63,569 nucleotides of DNA from Octopus bimaculoides (GCF_001194135.2 NC_068987.1:88208358-88271926); one strand, 5' to 3'. Positions 50,341 through 63,495 are shown, counted from the first letter of the stretch. Notes: generated by a model from the letters alone, not told the origin. Numbers and translations are program-made.

Positions 50341-53300
50341 AATACATACATTATATACACACACACATAAACACACACATATATATACACACATATATAT
50401 ATGAAACACAAAAGACTTTTCCTTCTGTTTTTCCTGAGTGTAATCCTAATACCCTTTTTGTTTTTTAATTTGTCTTTATGTTTTTTATTTTTGCATTGGA
50501 TACATACATACATTATATACACACACACAGACACATACACATATATACACAAATATATACACATGCACAGGTACATATATCGATATTTGATGCAGTCAGT
50601 GCATGTGTGTATACTGCTGCTGCTTGTGTCTAGTATTTCACTGCCTGCTTACTTGCATTTTCCATTCTATTGATTGTCTTCACTCGAAGAATTTGATAGA
50701 ATCGATGTGAGATGAAACTCCCGACCGACAAAGTGCACGCAATCTTAACGGATGATGTGGTACTTTGGATAAATTGGAGGAATCTTAAAAAATCAAAATT
50801 TCCTTGTGCACCACAGAAGACAATTACGTCAACTTAACTAATTAAATTATATAATTAATTCGCAACCGACTAATAACCAGTGCTGTCTTCGAAATGAATG
50901 CTGCACATCAATACTTTTACCATCTTCATTAACTTTTTTTTTATTTGTTTTAGTATTATCTTTTCTTTTTACCTTTTTGTTCTGTTCGGTTCAAAATACT
51001 TGGTTCTTTCTTTTCGTAATTTGAACTGTAAAAGTCAATGAAGAAAACGAAATCCTGAAAACTTGATAACTGGTTGAGCATCAAAGTTTCTAGTTCAGTG
51101 ACAAGAATTTCCAACAATAATTTATTTTATCATCTTTTGTCTTTTACTTGTTTCAGTTATTAGACTGCGGCCATGCTGGAGCACCGACCTTGAAGGGTTT
51201 TTAGTCAAAGGAATGAGCCCCTGTGCTTATTTTTTTTTAGCCTGGTTCTTATTCTATCAGTCTCTTGTGCTGAACCCTCAAGTTATGGGGATGTAAACAA
51301 ACCAACAGCAGTTATCAAGCGATGGTAGGGGACGAAGACACACACATACACACACCATCATCATCATCATTATCGTCGTCGTTTAACGTCCGCTTTCCAT
51401 GCTGGCATGGGTTTGACGGTTTGAGTGGGGACTGGCAAGCCAGGAGGCTGCACCAGGTTCCAATCTGATCTGGCAAGGTTTCTACAGCTGGATGCCCTTC
51501 CTAATATCAACCACTCTGAAAGTGTAGTGGGAGCTTTATACATGCCACCAGCACGGTAACCAGTCAGGCGGCACTGGCATTGGCCATGCCTGAATGATGC
51601 TTTTTACATGTTACCAGCACAGGTGCCAGTTAGGTGGCACTGGCATCAGCCACACACACATATATATTTATATATACACTATGGGCTTCTTATAGTTTCT
51701 GTTTACCAAATCGGCTGCGAGGGCTTTCATTGGCCCGATGCTATAATAGAAGACACTTGTCCAAGATGCCAAACACTGGGATTGAAAATGGCACCATGTG
51801 TTTGGGAAGCAAATTCTTACTGCACAGCCACCCCTAGTTTTATAAGGTAGCAAGCTGGCAGAATTGTTATCATGCCAGACAAAATGTCTTCGTTCTGAGA
51901 TCAAATTCCTCTGAGATTAGCTTTGCTTTTTGTTCTTTTGTGTTTGATAAAGTATGTATACCAGTTATGCACTGGGGTTGATGTAATTGAGTAATCCCTT
52001 CCCCCAAAATTTCAGGCTTTGTGTCTACAATAAAAAGGATTGCTTCGTTTTTTTTTTTTTTGCTTTCTTTATACATGGGTGTAAAGCTTGTGGAGGTGTT
52101 TGGTGTAGCAGTTAGAATGTTGCCCTTATGATTGCAAGATTGTGGTTTCGATTCTGGGACCAGGCAGTGCATTGTGTTAAAACATCACCATTTAATGTCC
52201 AGTTTTCCATTCTTGCATGGATCAGATGGAATTTGAGGCAGATTTTCTACAAACAGATGCTTTTCCTGTCACCAACCTTCACCTGTTTACAAGCAAGGGA
52301 ATATTTCCCCCATGGCCAGACATTGGAAATAAACAATCTTGCTCATATGATGATAATAATGATGATCATGTACAACCATCAGTATGATGTCTAGACAAGG
52401 GTGCACACAAATGTACACATGTGATGGACTTCTACACAGTTTCTTATTTCTTTATTGCCAACAAGGGGCTAAACACAGAGGGGACAAACAAGGACAGACA
52501 AAGGGATTAAGTTGATTACATTGACCCCAGTGTGTAACTGGTACTTAATTTATTGACCCCAAAAAGATGAAAGGCAAAGTCGACCTCAGCGGAATTTGAA
52601 CTTAGAACGTACTGCTAAGCATTTCGCCCGGTGTGCTAACGTTTCTGCCAGCTCGCTGGCTTCTACACAGTTTCTGTCAAACTAGGTTTCATTTGTGTGT
52701 CATTTATCACATCTTGAGGCCATGGTAAACAAAATTTGCTCTAGATGCCATGCAAAGGAGTTGAACCCTGATTTTCATGATTGCAAAGCAAACTTCTTAT
52801 GCACTTCGCTGTGCCTATGGTATACTGTCTGTCTGTCTCTCATAGAGAGAGAGAGAGCACAAAATAATTAAATTATGTAAAAATCTATTGACCTTCCTTT
52901 ATCTCTCTATATATTCTAGCTAGAATGATTTAAAAAAAAATATTTGTATATATCTTATATCCTGTATTTTTGGCATACAAGACATGCCCCTACCTCACAA
53001 GTATATTTCTTAGCAAAAACGAACATAGTATGCACTCATTGAAAGATGTTCTAAAGTGATGTTCTGCAGAAAAAAAAAAAAAAAAAGATGTGTTTCTGTG
53101 TGTATAAATATAAAGTGTGAAAGTATATTGGATACTGTATATGAGTGCTGTATTTCAACTTAATTGTCTTTCAGCTCAACTGTACAGTTGTTTATTTTCT
53201 GGTTAAGAAATTTCCAAACAGGATGTAAAACTCATATTTCTGGCTGTGTTGTTTTACATAGCAATGATCATGCACCAGGGTGATACACCACATCTATGAC

Positions 53301-53727
53301 CTTGTTGTCATCCAGTCATTGCAGATAGCTGACAGGCTTGGAGAATTTTTCATTTAGATAATTAAAAAAAAAAATGTTCCTTAAAGGTACATTAAATAAT
53401 GCAAAACACATATCAAATATGAGTTATATATGCTGGGGAAGGTGGTATGACAAGATATTGTCACCTCACCACATAACTGTGAGTAATTATTTTATAAGTT
53501 TGTGCTAATAGTCTGTGATATTTTGGCTCATTTCCAATATTTTATCATTAGTAACAATTATTGTGCCTTGCAGGCTTACGCTTGTCTGGCTCCCTTGCAT
53601 GTCACATTTTGACCTCCCATCCGTAATACAGCTGCATTAGACACAGGACAATTTTTCGGTACATCATCATCATTAGAAAATTACTATTTTTAAATCTCAC
53701 AGTGTGAGATATTCAGCAACAGTACTT

Positions 53728-54000
53728 TGTAGTAAAGATTGTTTGCCAACATAACACGATCTGTGTCCTTATATTTTCAAACAATTATTCTGTGCTGATG
53801 AAGGGAAATAACCCGGACATCGGGATACACAGATATTGTTTTGAGCTGGGTGGAGGTGCTAGATTCCCTTGTTCGAAAATATAAGGACACAGATCGTGTC
53901 GTATAGCCAGCTGGAGACGATGTCTCCTGTGGCTAAATTACAGCAACATTAGTCCTAAACCAGGACTGCCATGTTATGTTGGCAAGCAATCTTTACTACA
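53728..54000. mobile_element. 273-bp fold-back element with TG...CA ends, nested inverted repeats and a hammerhead-like core
   Basis: Arms 53728-56/53972-54000 (28 of 29 paired) and 53754-84/53869-99 (30 of 31 paired); internal hairpins. Confidence 0.75.
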
Positions 54001-55009
54001 TCATCATCATCATCATTTAACATTTGTGTTGAATGTTGACATGGAGTAGCTGGTTTGAGAGGGTCAGATGAGCCCAAAGACTGCAATGTGCTCCAGTGCC
54101 TGTTTGGTAGGGTTTCTCCAGCTCGATGCCCTTTTTAATGGGTTGCCAGTTTATAGCATGTTCTGGGTGCTTTTTTGGTGTCACCGTCACTAGTGAGGTT
54201 TGCCATACAACTTGCAAGACTGAGTGGAGAGGGAGAACTTCATGCTAGGAGAATGGGGAGTAGAGAGGGGTAAAAGCATGATAGAAAGGGTCAGAGCAGG
54301 ACTGGTTTCTTGCTGTAGAGGAGCAACATGACTCCTCACATTCTAGAACAGCAGGTGGGTGTGTGGGTGGATGGTGTGAAGGGGGTGAAGTTGGAAAGTG
54401 ATGAAAGAAATGTGGTGATGTGGTGTGAGAGTGGATTTTGAAGGTATGAGGTGGGTAGGATTGGGTGAGATGGGTACAAGATATAGTCATACATAAATTA
54501 TCTCTTACATACAATTGTTATTTCTTTTGTTGGAAATAGACCTTTTTGTCACGGTCTATTTTAATTACTTGTTTTTTATTCTTTTACTTGTTTTAGTTAT
54601 GACTATGGCTATACTGGGACACCACCTTAATGGGTTTTAGTTGAACAGATTGAACCCAGTACTAATTTTAAAAAAATCTGGCACTTATCCTATTGGGCTC
54701 TTTGCTGAACTATTAAGTTATGGGGATGTGAACAAACCAACACTGATTGTCAGGCAGTGTGTGTGTGGCAAACACACACACACACACACACACAAATTAC
54801 TGACTCCCACAGAATTTCTGTCTATCAAATTCACTCACAAGGGACTGGTTAGCCTCGGGCTATAATAGAAGACACTTTTCCATGGTGCCATGCCATGAGA
54901 CTGAACCCAAAAGCATGTGGTTACAAAGGGAGTTTCTTAACCATGCTGCCATGCCCGCACCTATTTGCGTATTTTAAAAGGAAATTAATTAGAAGAGAAG
55001 TAGTATTCA

Positions 55010-55415
55010 TATTAACTGTAGACTCTTCCACACTGGTTAGAGTAGATGGAAAGTGATGGAAAATTCTGACAATCTCAAGTGTGGAAACCATTTCTAAGTA
55101 GCTCTTTCAGTATATTATGCACCTTTCTTGTATGAGGCACAAATGTCTTGAGCAGCTTTGGAAGCTTTGGAACATTGATTGAAAGTGAAGAGGAACAGGT
55201 CTTGAAAATAATCATTTTTTTTCTACTTGGTATTCCATCATTATATGCCTGGAAAAAAGATTTAATTTATTCAAATTTCAGAAACGATAAACAAAAGTTG
55301 TAGATGAAGAATAGAGTTTTCAAAAGATACTCCATTAAACATAAGCAAAAATAGCTTTTGTGTTAAGTCAAGTCTCATTGGAAAGAAACGAACAAATTTA
55401 TCTGACAACTAATAT
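55010..55415 (-). mobile_element. Mariner 5' end and transposase N-terminal remnant
   Basis: Colinear with 11400-11650 plus 13310-13421; terminus ATTTATCTGACAACTAATA. Confidence 0.7.
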
Positions 55416-56374
55416 TTATTATGAGAGGAGCAGAGTAGTGGTGTGTTTTGGTTGAGGTTACGCTACATACTAGCATAAGGAAGTAGAGGATTTTATAGCA
55501 AGACTGGAAGAGGCAGAGATAAGAGAAAGCATGTCAGGGTGCTAGTTGTAGCTGGCTGGTTAGTGAGTCTTTGTCATTAAGTGAATGACCTTGTGTTGGG
55601 TGTGGCCTATGATGTTTCTGTTGGTGTCGTGCCAAAAACCAGATATTTGAATAGTTACATTTATGTAAGCTCACAAAGTTATGACAACTACTTGGCTACA
55701 CAATCTTTTTCATGAGTTAGGCGAAATTTGTTATGACAGAACTTTCTGTTGCCAGATACTCTTTCTGTGGCTAACCTCCTATTTCCAAGCATGGCAGTAT
55801 TTCTCCCTTGTCTATTAAACAAAGAACAGCATGGACATTGGTTCTACAGATGAGTACAAACCAATGACACCATTTGTATGACTGGTAATGCTTTGTATAT
55901 GCGCATGTGTGTGTACATGTGTGCGTGCATGTGTCAGGTCAGGTGTGGTGTCTTGTGCCATTGCAGCACATTGTTCCATTCCCTATTTGTTGGTATATTC
56001 TCAGGTCCTTCTGGGTGACCTGTCAGGCCCCCAGTCAGTCTCCATCTCTGCAAGTCTCTTCCTCATCTGCCACAACCATCTGAAGTTGTTTATTTGAAAT
56101 TCACAGCATTAACAGTGCCATTGTTATCTCTTCTCTTATCATTAACTTCCCCACTTGCTTCCTGCCTTCAAAAGATCCCTAACTTGAAAAACAGGTAAGG
56201 GTTTGTGTCAGGAAGGGCATCCAGCAGTAAAACAATACCGCAGTAACATATTCATCTAACTCATTGCAAAGATGGGGCGGGGGTGGGGGAACTGAAAGAG
56301 AAAGTGTCTTTTACTATAGCCCTGGGCTCTTCAAATCCTTGCGAGTGGATTTTACAGATGGAAAAATATATATA

Positions 56375-57510
56375 CCCATGGGAATGAGAATGGACCCCAA
56401 CTATGCGAACCTGTTCGTTGGCTATGTTGTGGCTCAAATATTCTCACAATTCACTGGTCCCACTTCCAAGCTATACAGTTATTATATCAATGACGGTATT
56501 GGCGCGACCTCACGCTCCTGCAAACATCTGGACTCCTTCCTCTCTTTTGTTGAATCCTTTCATCCTGCCCTCGAATTCTACACTATCTCTAACTCTTTCG
56601 TCACATTTCTCGACATTTCTGTCAGCATCCACCACTCCACTCTCACCACCTCCATCCACTACAAACACACTGACTCACACTCCTACCTTAACTTCTCCTC
56701 CTCCTACCCTACCCACATCAAGATCTCCATCCCCTACTCTCAATTCCTCCATCTACACAGGCTCGGCAGTGATGACTGACTTTGAGTCTCAGTCTCAACT
56801 CATGGCTCGCCACTTCATCCTACGTAGATATCCCTCACCATTATCCACATTGCCCTTGCCCAAGCACAATCTGTGGACGTGCCTTTGGTCTTTCTCCTCA
56901 CACCTGTCCTGCCCTTACCCATCTCCCATTTCCCCTTACCTATCACCCTCCACCCTACCCCCTCCAACGCACCATTCTCCGAGCCTTCCAACAATTTCAG
57001 TCTGACCCCTCCACCTCACACATCTTCCCTAACCTACCCTTTCCCTCCTTCAAACAAGCCTATAACCTGCGTGATCTGATCCACAGTTTCTTCCCTACTC
57101 CTGCCTCCCAGCCTGGCTCCTTCCCCTGCTTTCACCCGCACTGTCACACCTGTCCTTACCTCTCCAGCACCACCATCCTCACTGACACCCATCACCATCC
57201 CTATCACATCACTGACTCCTTTACCTGCACCTCTTGTAATGTTGTTTACTGCATCTCCTGCTCTCTCTCTGTCTTTCCCTGTACAATGGTCAAAAGGGAT
57301 GCCACTTGGCTGACTGATTCTTGGAGCACCTCCGAGACATCAGACTTGGCAATGACACCCTGGTCTTGAGCCACTTCTGCTCTACCAGACATTTGCTACA
57401 ACATGTCTGTGTTTGGACTGTCTCTACACAGGGGCCACTCGGACTCCCACCTTCACCGTGAGCAGGAATTAATCTTCTCACTTCATTCCTTTGCACCAAA
57501 TGGGCTCAGC
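56375..57510 (+). mobile_element. Penelope-like retroelement remnant: RT C-terminal half plus GIY-YIG endonuclease, frameshifted
   Basis: MGMRMDPNYANLFVG, YYINDGIG (YIDD-like), FLDISV, YKHTDSHSYL, then C..HC.TCPY, FTCTSCNVVYCISC and LYNGQ...LAD*FLEHLRDI. Confidence 0.92.
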
Positions 57511-59565
57511 TCACTACTTCAGAACAGTTTCCAGGAGCATATCTGTTTTTCTGTCCTAGTATGTATAATGTACATAGATTTTCTTTTGTTTCTTAACAAT
57601 AAATATTTACTTGTTTAATCAACAGAAAAACTACATACTTATTGAATTAGCCTGTAAACGGCTGTGTATTCCAAAGCAAGATCAGCCAGTGGGCTTCTTT
57701 ATACTATACATACCTATCCTGTTTTACTCTCAAGACTTGCCTTGACATGAGGTGTATAGTTGAAGACAGTTGCTCAAGACACCATGTAATGGGATTCAAC
57801 ACAGAATCTCATGGTTGCAAAGCATACACCTTGATATATTTGGCCATATTACACCCTTATATATATNNNNNNNNNNNNNNNNNNNNNNNNNNNNNNNNNN
57901 NNNNNNNNNNNNNNNNNNNNNNNNNNNNNNNNNNNNNNNNNNNNNNNNNNNNNNNNNNNNNNNNNNNNNNNNNNNNNNNNNNNNNNNNNNNNNNNNNNNN
58001 NNNNNNNNNNNNNNNNNNNNNNNNNNNNNNNNNNNNNNNNNNNNNNNNNNNNNNNNNNNNNNNNNNNNNNNNNNNNNNNNNNNNNNNNNNNNNNNNNNNN
58101 NNNNNNNNNNNNNNNNNNNNNNNNNNNNNNNNNNNNNNNNNNNNNNNNNNNNNNNNNNNNNNNNNNNNNNNNNNNNNNNNNNNNNNNNNNNNNNNNNNNN
58201 NNNNNNNNNNNNNNNNNNNNNNNNNNNNNNNNNNNNNNNNNNNNNNNNNNNNNNNNNNNNNNNNNNNNNNNNNNNNNNNNNNNNNNNNNNNNNNNNNNNN
58301 NNNNNNNNNNNNNNNNNNNNNNNNNNNNNNNNNNNNNNNNNNNNNNNNNNNNNNNNNNNNNNNNNNNNNNNNNNNNNNNNNNNNNNNNNNNNNNNNNNNN
58401 NNNNNNNNNNNNNNNNNNNNNNNNNNNNNNNNNNNNNNNNNNNNNNNNNNNNNNNNNNNNNNNNNNNNNNNNNNNNNNNNNNNNNNNNNNNNNNNNNNNN
58501 NNNNNNNNNNNNNNNNNNNNNNNNNNNNNNNNNNNNNNNNNNNNNNNNNNNNNNNNNNNNNNNNNNNNNNNNNNNNNNNNNNNNNNNNNNNNNNNNNNNN
58601 NNNNNNNNNNNNNNNNNNNNNNNNNNNNNNNNNNNNNNNNNNNNNNNNNNNNNNNNNNNNNNNNNNNNNNNNNNNNNNNNNNNNNNCTTTACAAAAATAA
58701 CTTTTTAGAAAATGACGGGGTGGTGGAATTTGTATACGGGAGTTAACTGTGCAACATTTAAAATAATCAGTAGTTATCTCCCTTACTGTGATAGCTCGGA
58801 ATTGTTGCGTACATAAATAAATTAATTAATTAATTAACCTAAAGACACACGTATGATTGTGTGGGTATGAAGCTTGCTTTCTCAGCCATGTGCTTCCTGG
58901 TTCAATCCCACTGCATGGCATTTTGGGCAAGTGTCTTCTACTGGATTTGGTTGACAGAGACTGAAAAAAGCCCCTGTCATCATCATCATCATCGTTTAAC
59001 GTCCGCTTTCCATGCTGGCATGGGTTGGATGGTTTGACTTAGGTCTGGAGAACCACGAGGCTGCACCACACTCCAATCTGATCTGGCAATGTTTCTACAG
59101 CTGGATGCCATTCCTAACGCCAACCACTCCGAGAGTGTAGTGGGTGCTTTTACGTGCCACCGGCACAAAGGCCAGTTAGGCGGTACTGGAAACAGCTACG
59201 CTCAAAATGGTGTATATTATGTGCCACCTGCACAGGAGCCAGTTCAGCAGTACTGGCAACGACCTCACTCGAATGCTTTTTCACGTGCCACCGGCACAAG
59301 TGCCATTAAGGCGACGCTGGTAAAATAATAATAATATTCTTTTCTACTCTAGGCACAAGGCCTGAAATTTTGGGGGAGGGAGCCAGTCGATTAGATCGAC
59401 CCCAGTATGTAACTGGTACTTAATTTATCTACCCTGGAAAGATAAAAGGCAAAGTTAACTTCAGCAGAATTTGAACTCAGAATATAAAGACAGACGAAAT
59501 ACTGCTAAGCATTTTGCCCAGTGTGCTAACGATTCTGCCAGCGTGCCACCTTACTTTGCTTGCAG

Positions 59566-59603
59566 GTATTGATTCAGCCTTAATGGATTATTTCCAAAGT
59601 TGA
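59566..59603 (+). CDS. Candidate short terminal coding exon (xIDSALMDYFQS*), gene unknown
   Basis: Acceptor ACTTTGCTTGCAG; paralogous copy at 61405-61442 with the same acceptor position and stop. Confidence 0.25.
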
Positions 59604-60589
59604 CCTTGCTATAATTTTCCAAACTTATATATTGAACTCTTCTCTCTCAGAAACTCATCAAAAGGTTTAGATTACTTTGTACTTAACGAACTGCTACTTG
59701 TAATCAATTTGATTTTAATTCAGAAATTCTTTCCCTACATACCCAAATTTTTTTAATATATATTCTCCATTATGTATTNNNNNNNNNNNNNNNNNNNNNN
59801 NNNNNNNNNNNNNNNNNNNNNNNNNNNNNNNNNNNNNNNNNNNNNNNNNNNNNNNNNNNNNNNNNNNNNNNNNNNNNNNNNNNNNNNNNNNNNNNNNNNN
59901 NNNNNNNNNNNNNNNNNNNNNNNNNNNNNNNNNNNNNNNNNNNNNNNNNNNNNNNNNNNNNNNNNNNNNNNNNNNNNNNNNNNNNNNNNNNNNNNNNNNN
60001 NNNNNNNNNNNNNNNNNNNNNNNNNNNNNNNNNNNNNNNNNNNNNNNNNNNNNNNNNNNNNNNNNNNNNNNNNNNNNNNNNNNNNNNNNNNNNNNNNNNN
60101 NNNNNNNNNNNNNNNNNNNNNNNNNNNNNNNNNNNNNNNNNNNNNNNNNNNNNNNNNNNNNNCAGACTTGGAGGTGAAGAATCGACAGTTTGTATCATAG
60201 TGCTGCACCGTGATCTAAGATAATCATCATCGTCATTAAACATCGCTTTCCATGCTGGCATGGGTGGAATGGTTCATCAGGAGGTGGCCAGGCTGAAGCC
60301 TGCTCCAGACTCCTGTGTCTGTTTTGGCAGGATTTTTACAGCTGGATACCCTTCCTAACACCAACCACTCAGCAGAGTGGACTTAGTGCTTTTTACGTGG
60401 CCCAAGCACAGGTGAGGTCAGTTTTGGCAAGGTTTTTACAGCTGGATGCCCTTCCAAACACCAACTTTTTTACAGTGTGGACTGGGTGCTTTTTAAGTGG
60501 CACCTGCACTGACAGTCACCAAGTAACTTGCACTTTATAAACTGGAGGTTGGCAACCTCACTAGTGCTGGTGGCACGTAAAAGACACAG

Positions 60590-60900
60590 CAATTGATCCC
60601 GGTCAGACTTAGACCCTTCTTCTTTCTGCGACTGTCTTCAGTTATGGCTTTATTGATCAGTAGCATCCCTTCTGCTCTTCTGATACAGGTTGTTTTCTTC
60701 GAGATGTTTGCCCATTCTCTGCGATATTATTGCTGTAAAGGCTTTGTAAATTGTAGGGAGACAAATTATCAGTCTGTAATTTTGTGGGTTTGCCATTTCA
60801 GTGGATTTGGGAATTAGGATAATTTCCCCTTCCACAGGCCATTCAGGCATTGTGTCTGGCTTTGCTAGTATGTCATTATATTTCTCAGCCAGCTTTTTGT
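60590..60900 (-). mobile_element. R4/Dong-like LINE RT N-terminal fragment
   Basis: PEWPVEGEIILIPK...NPQNYRLIICLPTIYKAFTAIISQRMGKHLEENNL. Confidence 0.85.
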
Positions 60901-61274
60901 TGTTGTTGTTGTTGTTGTTATTATTATTATCATCATCATTATTATTATTATTTTTATTATTTTGTAGAATGATCAAAAACGGCAATGTTTAGGACTTCTG
61001 AACTATGACAGAGGTTGTGAATGGAAACAGGTAAGTTTGATCTAAGCTGACATTATGAGCCACACGCACACACACTCACACACACATGCACATGGTTGTG
61101 TGGCTAAAAAACCTTGGAACCTTATGATTTAAGATTCAGTCCCACTGCATGGCATTTTGGGCAAGTATCTTCCCCTATAACCTGGGGTCAACCAATGTCT
61201 TGTGAAAGGATTTGGTTAAAAGAAACTGTATGGAAACCTGTCACACACATACACACACACACGCACACATGTGT

Positions 61275-61322
<48 letters not shown>

Positions 61323-61404
61323 CGTTCTGTTTGTGTTCATCTTCCCACCACTAATTTTAGAGGTAAGCACTATTGATTCATTCAATCCAAGACTTTGTTT
61401 GTAG

Positions 61405-61442
61405 ATATTGAACCAGCCTTAATGGACGATTTCCAAAGTTGA
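61405..61442 (+). CDS. Candidate short terminal coding exon (xIEPALMDDFQS*), paralogue of 59566-59603
   Basis: Acceptor ACTTTGTTTGTAG; same frame and TGA position. Confidence 0.25.
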
Positions 61443-61547
61443 CTGTGGTATAATTTTTAAAACTTAGAATGCAATATAACAAAATTCTTTTAAGTATTTT
61501 CTCTGTTGTACTTCTAATTTTGCATTCCTCTACCCTTAACTAATGTC

Positions 61548-61589
<42 letters not shown>

Positions 61590-61592
<3 letters not shown>

Positions 61593-61871
61593 GGAAGACT
61601 CTGGAGCATGCAAACAGTAATGATTGTGCCTATAATGATTGGTGCATTGGGAACAGTAAGCAAAGATATAGACAAATGGGTGAAGGAGATTGTATTAGAA
61701 TACCCTGTAGAGCTCCAACAGAAAGTTTGTCTTTTAGGGACAGCAAGGATTATCAGGAAGATTCTAAGCACTTGAAAGACAGCTGAAAACTTGTGGATAC
61801 CTAAAGTTACAGGTAGTAACCTGCTACACACATAATTCTTAAGAAGAATAAGACCGAACCTGAGCTAAACC

Positions 61872-61872
<1 letters not shown>
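61590..61872 (+). mobile_element. R4/Dong-like LINE extreme 3' fragment between (TAA)n arrays
   Basis: VPIMIGALGTVSKD...ELQQKVCLLGTARIIRKILST*. Confidence 0.85.
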
Positions 61873-61916
<44 letters not shown>

Positions 61917-61919
61917 TTA

Positions 61920-62720
61920 AGGCCAACATATTAAAGAACGGCAGCTTCCCAACATGTCGTGTATGTCAACAACAAAATGAGACCATTGATCATGCTGTCT
62001 CCATGTGCAGTCTTCTTGCGTCTACAGAGTATCTCAACAGGCATGATAGAGATGCACAATATATTCACTGGGTAATATGCAAAAACCTGGACTTGCCCCA
62101 TGATAAAAACTGGTGGGAACACAAACCACCTCCAATACTTGAAAATGATCATATCGCACTCCTCTGGAACTTCACCATTCAAACTGACAGTAAAATAGAT
62201 GCAAATAGGCCACACATCATATTGAAAGACTTCAGACAAAAATCATGCCTCTTCATTGATATGACTGTCCTAATCGATATAAACGTATCTGTCAAGACCT
62301 ACCAAAAACTGAGTAAGTATGAAGATCTTGAAACAGAAATTAGCAAAATGTGGAACCCCAAGACTAAAACAATAACTGTTGTCATAGGTGCCCAAGAAAT
62401 GATAGCAAAAGGGGCTAGTTGCTACTTTGCTCAGATACCAGGAAACCCCAAAATGGCAGAAATTCAAAAGATAGTGCTCATGGGAACTGCCCATATCCTA
62501 CGTAAAATACTGTCTATGTAATCTCATGTTTTAAAACAAACTCATAATTTTCTTATGTTTTCTTAAACGTTCTCTAGAAACAACACTAAGTACAAATCCA
62601 AATATATGACACCCTAGGCATAACACCAACAGGAACTTGTAACTTGTTGTCTCTTGAGGTCTCTTGGTGAGACTTGGATCCTACTTGTTCAAATGTAAAG
62701 CAAAAGTCAAACATAAAATA
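61920..62720 (+). mobile_element. R4/Dong-like LINE 3' fragment: CCHC knuckle plus restriction-like endonuclease, ending in (TAA)n
   Basis: CRVCQQQNETIDH...C, RHD, WNFTIQTD, NRPHII (PD site decayed), IDMTV, KLSKYEDL, VVIGA; flanked by (TAA)n. Confidence 0.92.
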
Positions 62721-63126
62721 ATAATAATAATAACGATGTCTAACTTAATTTTATACCAACAAATTCTGGGAAGAATATAGTCAGTGAAATCGACCACACA
62801 ACTCGACTGATTCAACTGATATTTTAATTTTCATCGGNNNNNNNNNNTTTTTTTTTTTTTTTTTTTTTTCTATTGATAGACCACTGTCTCTCAACCATTT
62901 CTTTACCTATGTACCCCTCTGATTGCTATTTTACTCTGGTGGACCCCACCACAGCCATTTGATGTTTAAAGACTAATTTTGTAGATACTTCTTCCACAGT
63001 TCCTATCTTGTCTTTCACCCATTCACTTGTGTTAGTTTGCAGTAACACTCTCCGAGGGAATATGTTTCAGTAATCAGAAGCATGTTGAACTGCGTAAAGT
63101 ATTAGAGAAAGAAATTTAATTGTTTC

Positions 63127-63495
63127 ATCATCATCATCATCGTCATCGTTTAACGTCCACTTTCCATGCTAGTATGGGTTGGACGATTTGACTGAAGACT
63201 GGTGAACCGGTTGGCTACACCAAGCTCCAATCTGATTTGGCAGAGTTTCTACAGCTGGATGCCCTTCCTAACGCCAATCACTCCGAGAGTGTAGTATATC
63301 ATCATCATCATCATCATCGTCGTTTAACGTCCACTTTCTATGCTAGCATGGGTTGGACGATTTGACTGAGGACTGGTGAACCAGGTGGCTACACCAGGCT
63401 CCAATCTGATTTGGATGCCCTTCCTAATGCCAACCACTCCGAGAGTGTAGTGGGTGCTTTTACATGCCACCGGCACGAAGGTCAGTCAGGCAGTA
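63127..63495 (-). mobile_element. Two tandem family A (RTE 3' end) copies
   Basis: (CAT)n-CGTTTAACGTCC...GAGAGTGTAGT starts at ~63127 and again at ~63299. Confidence 0.9.
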
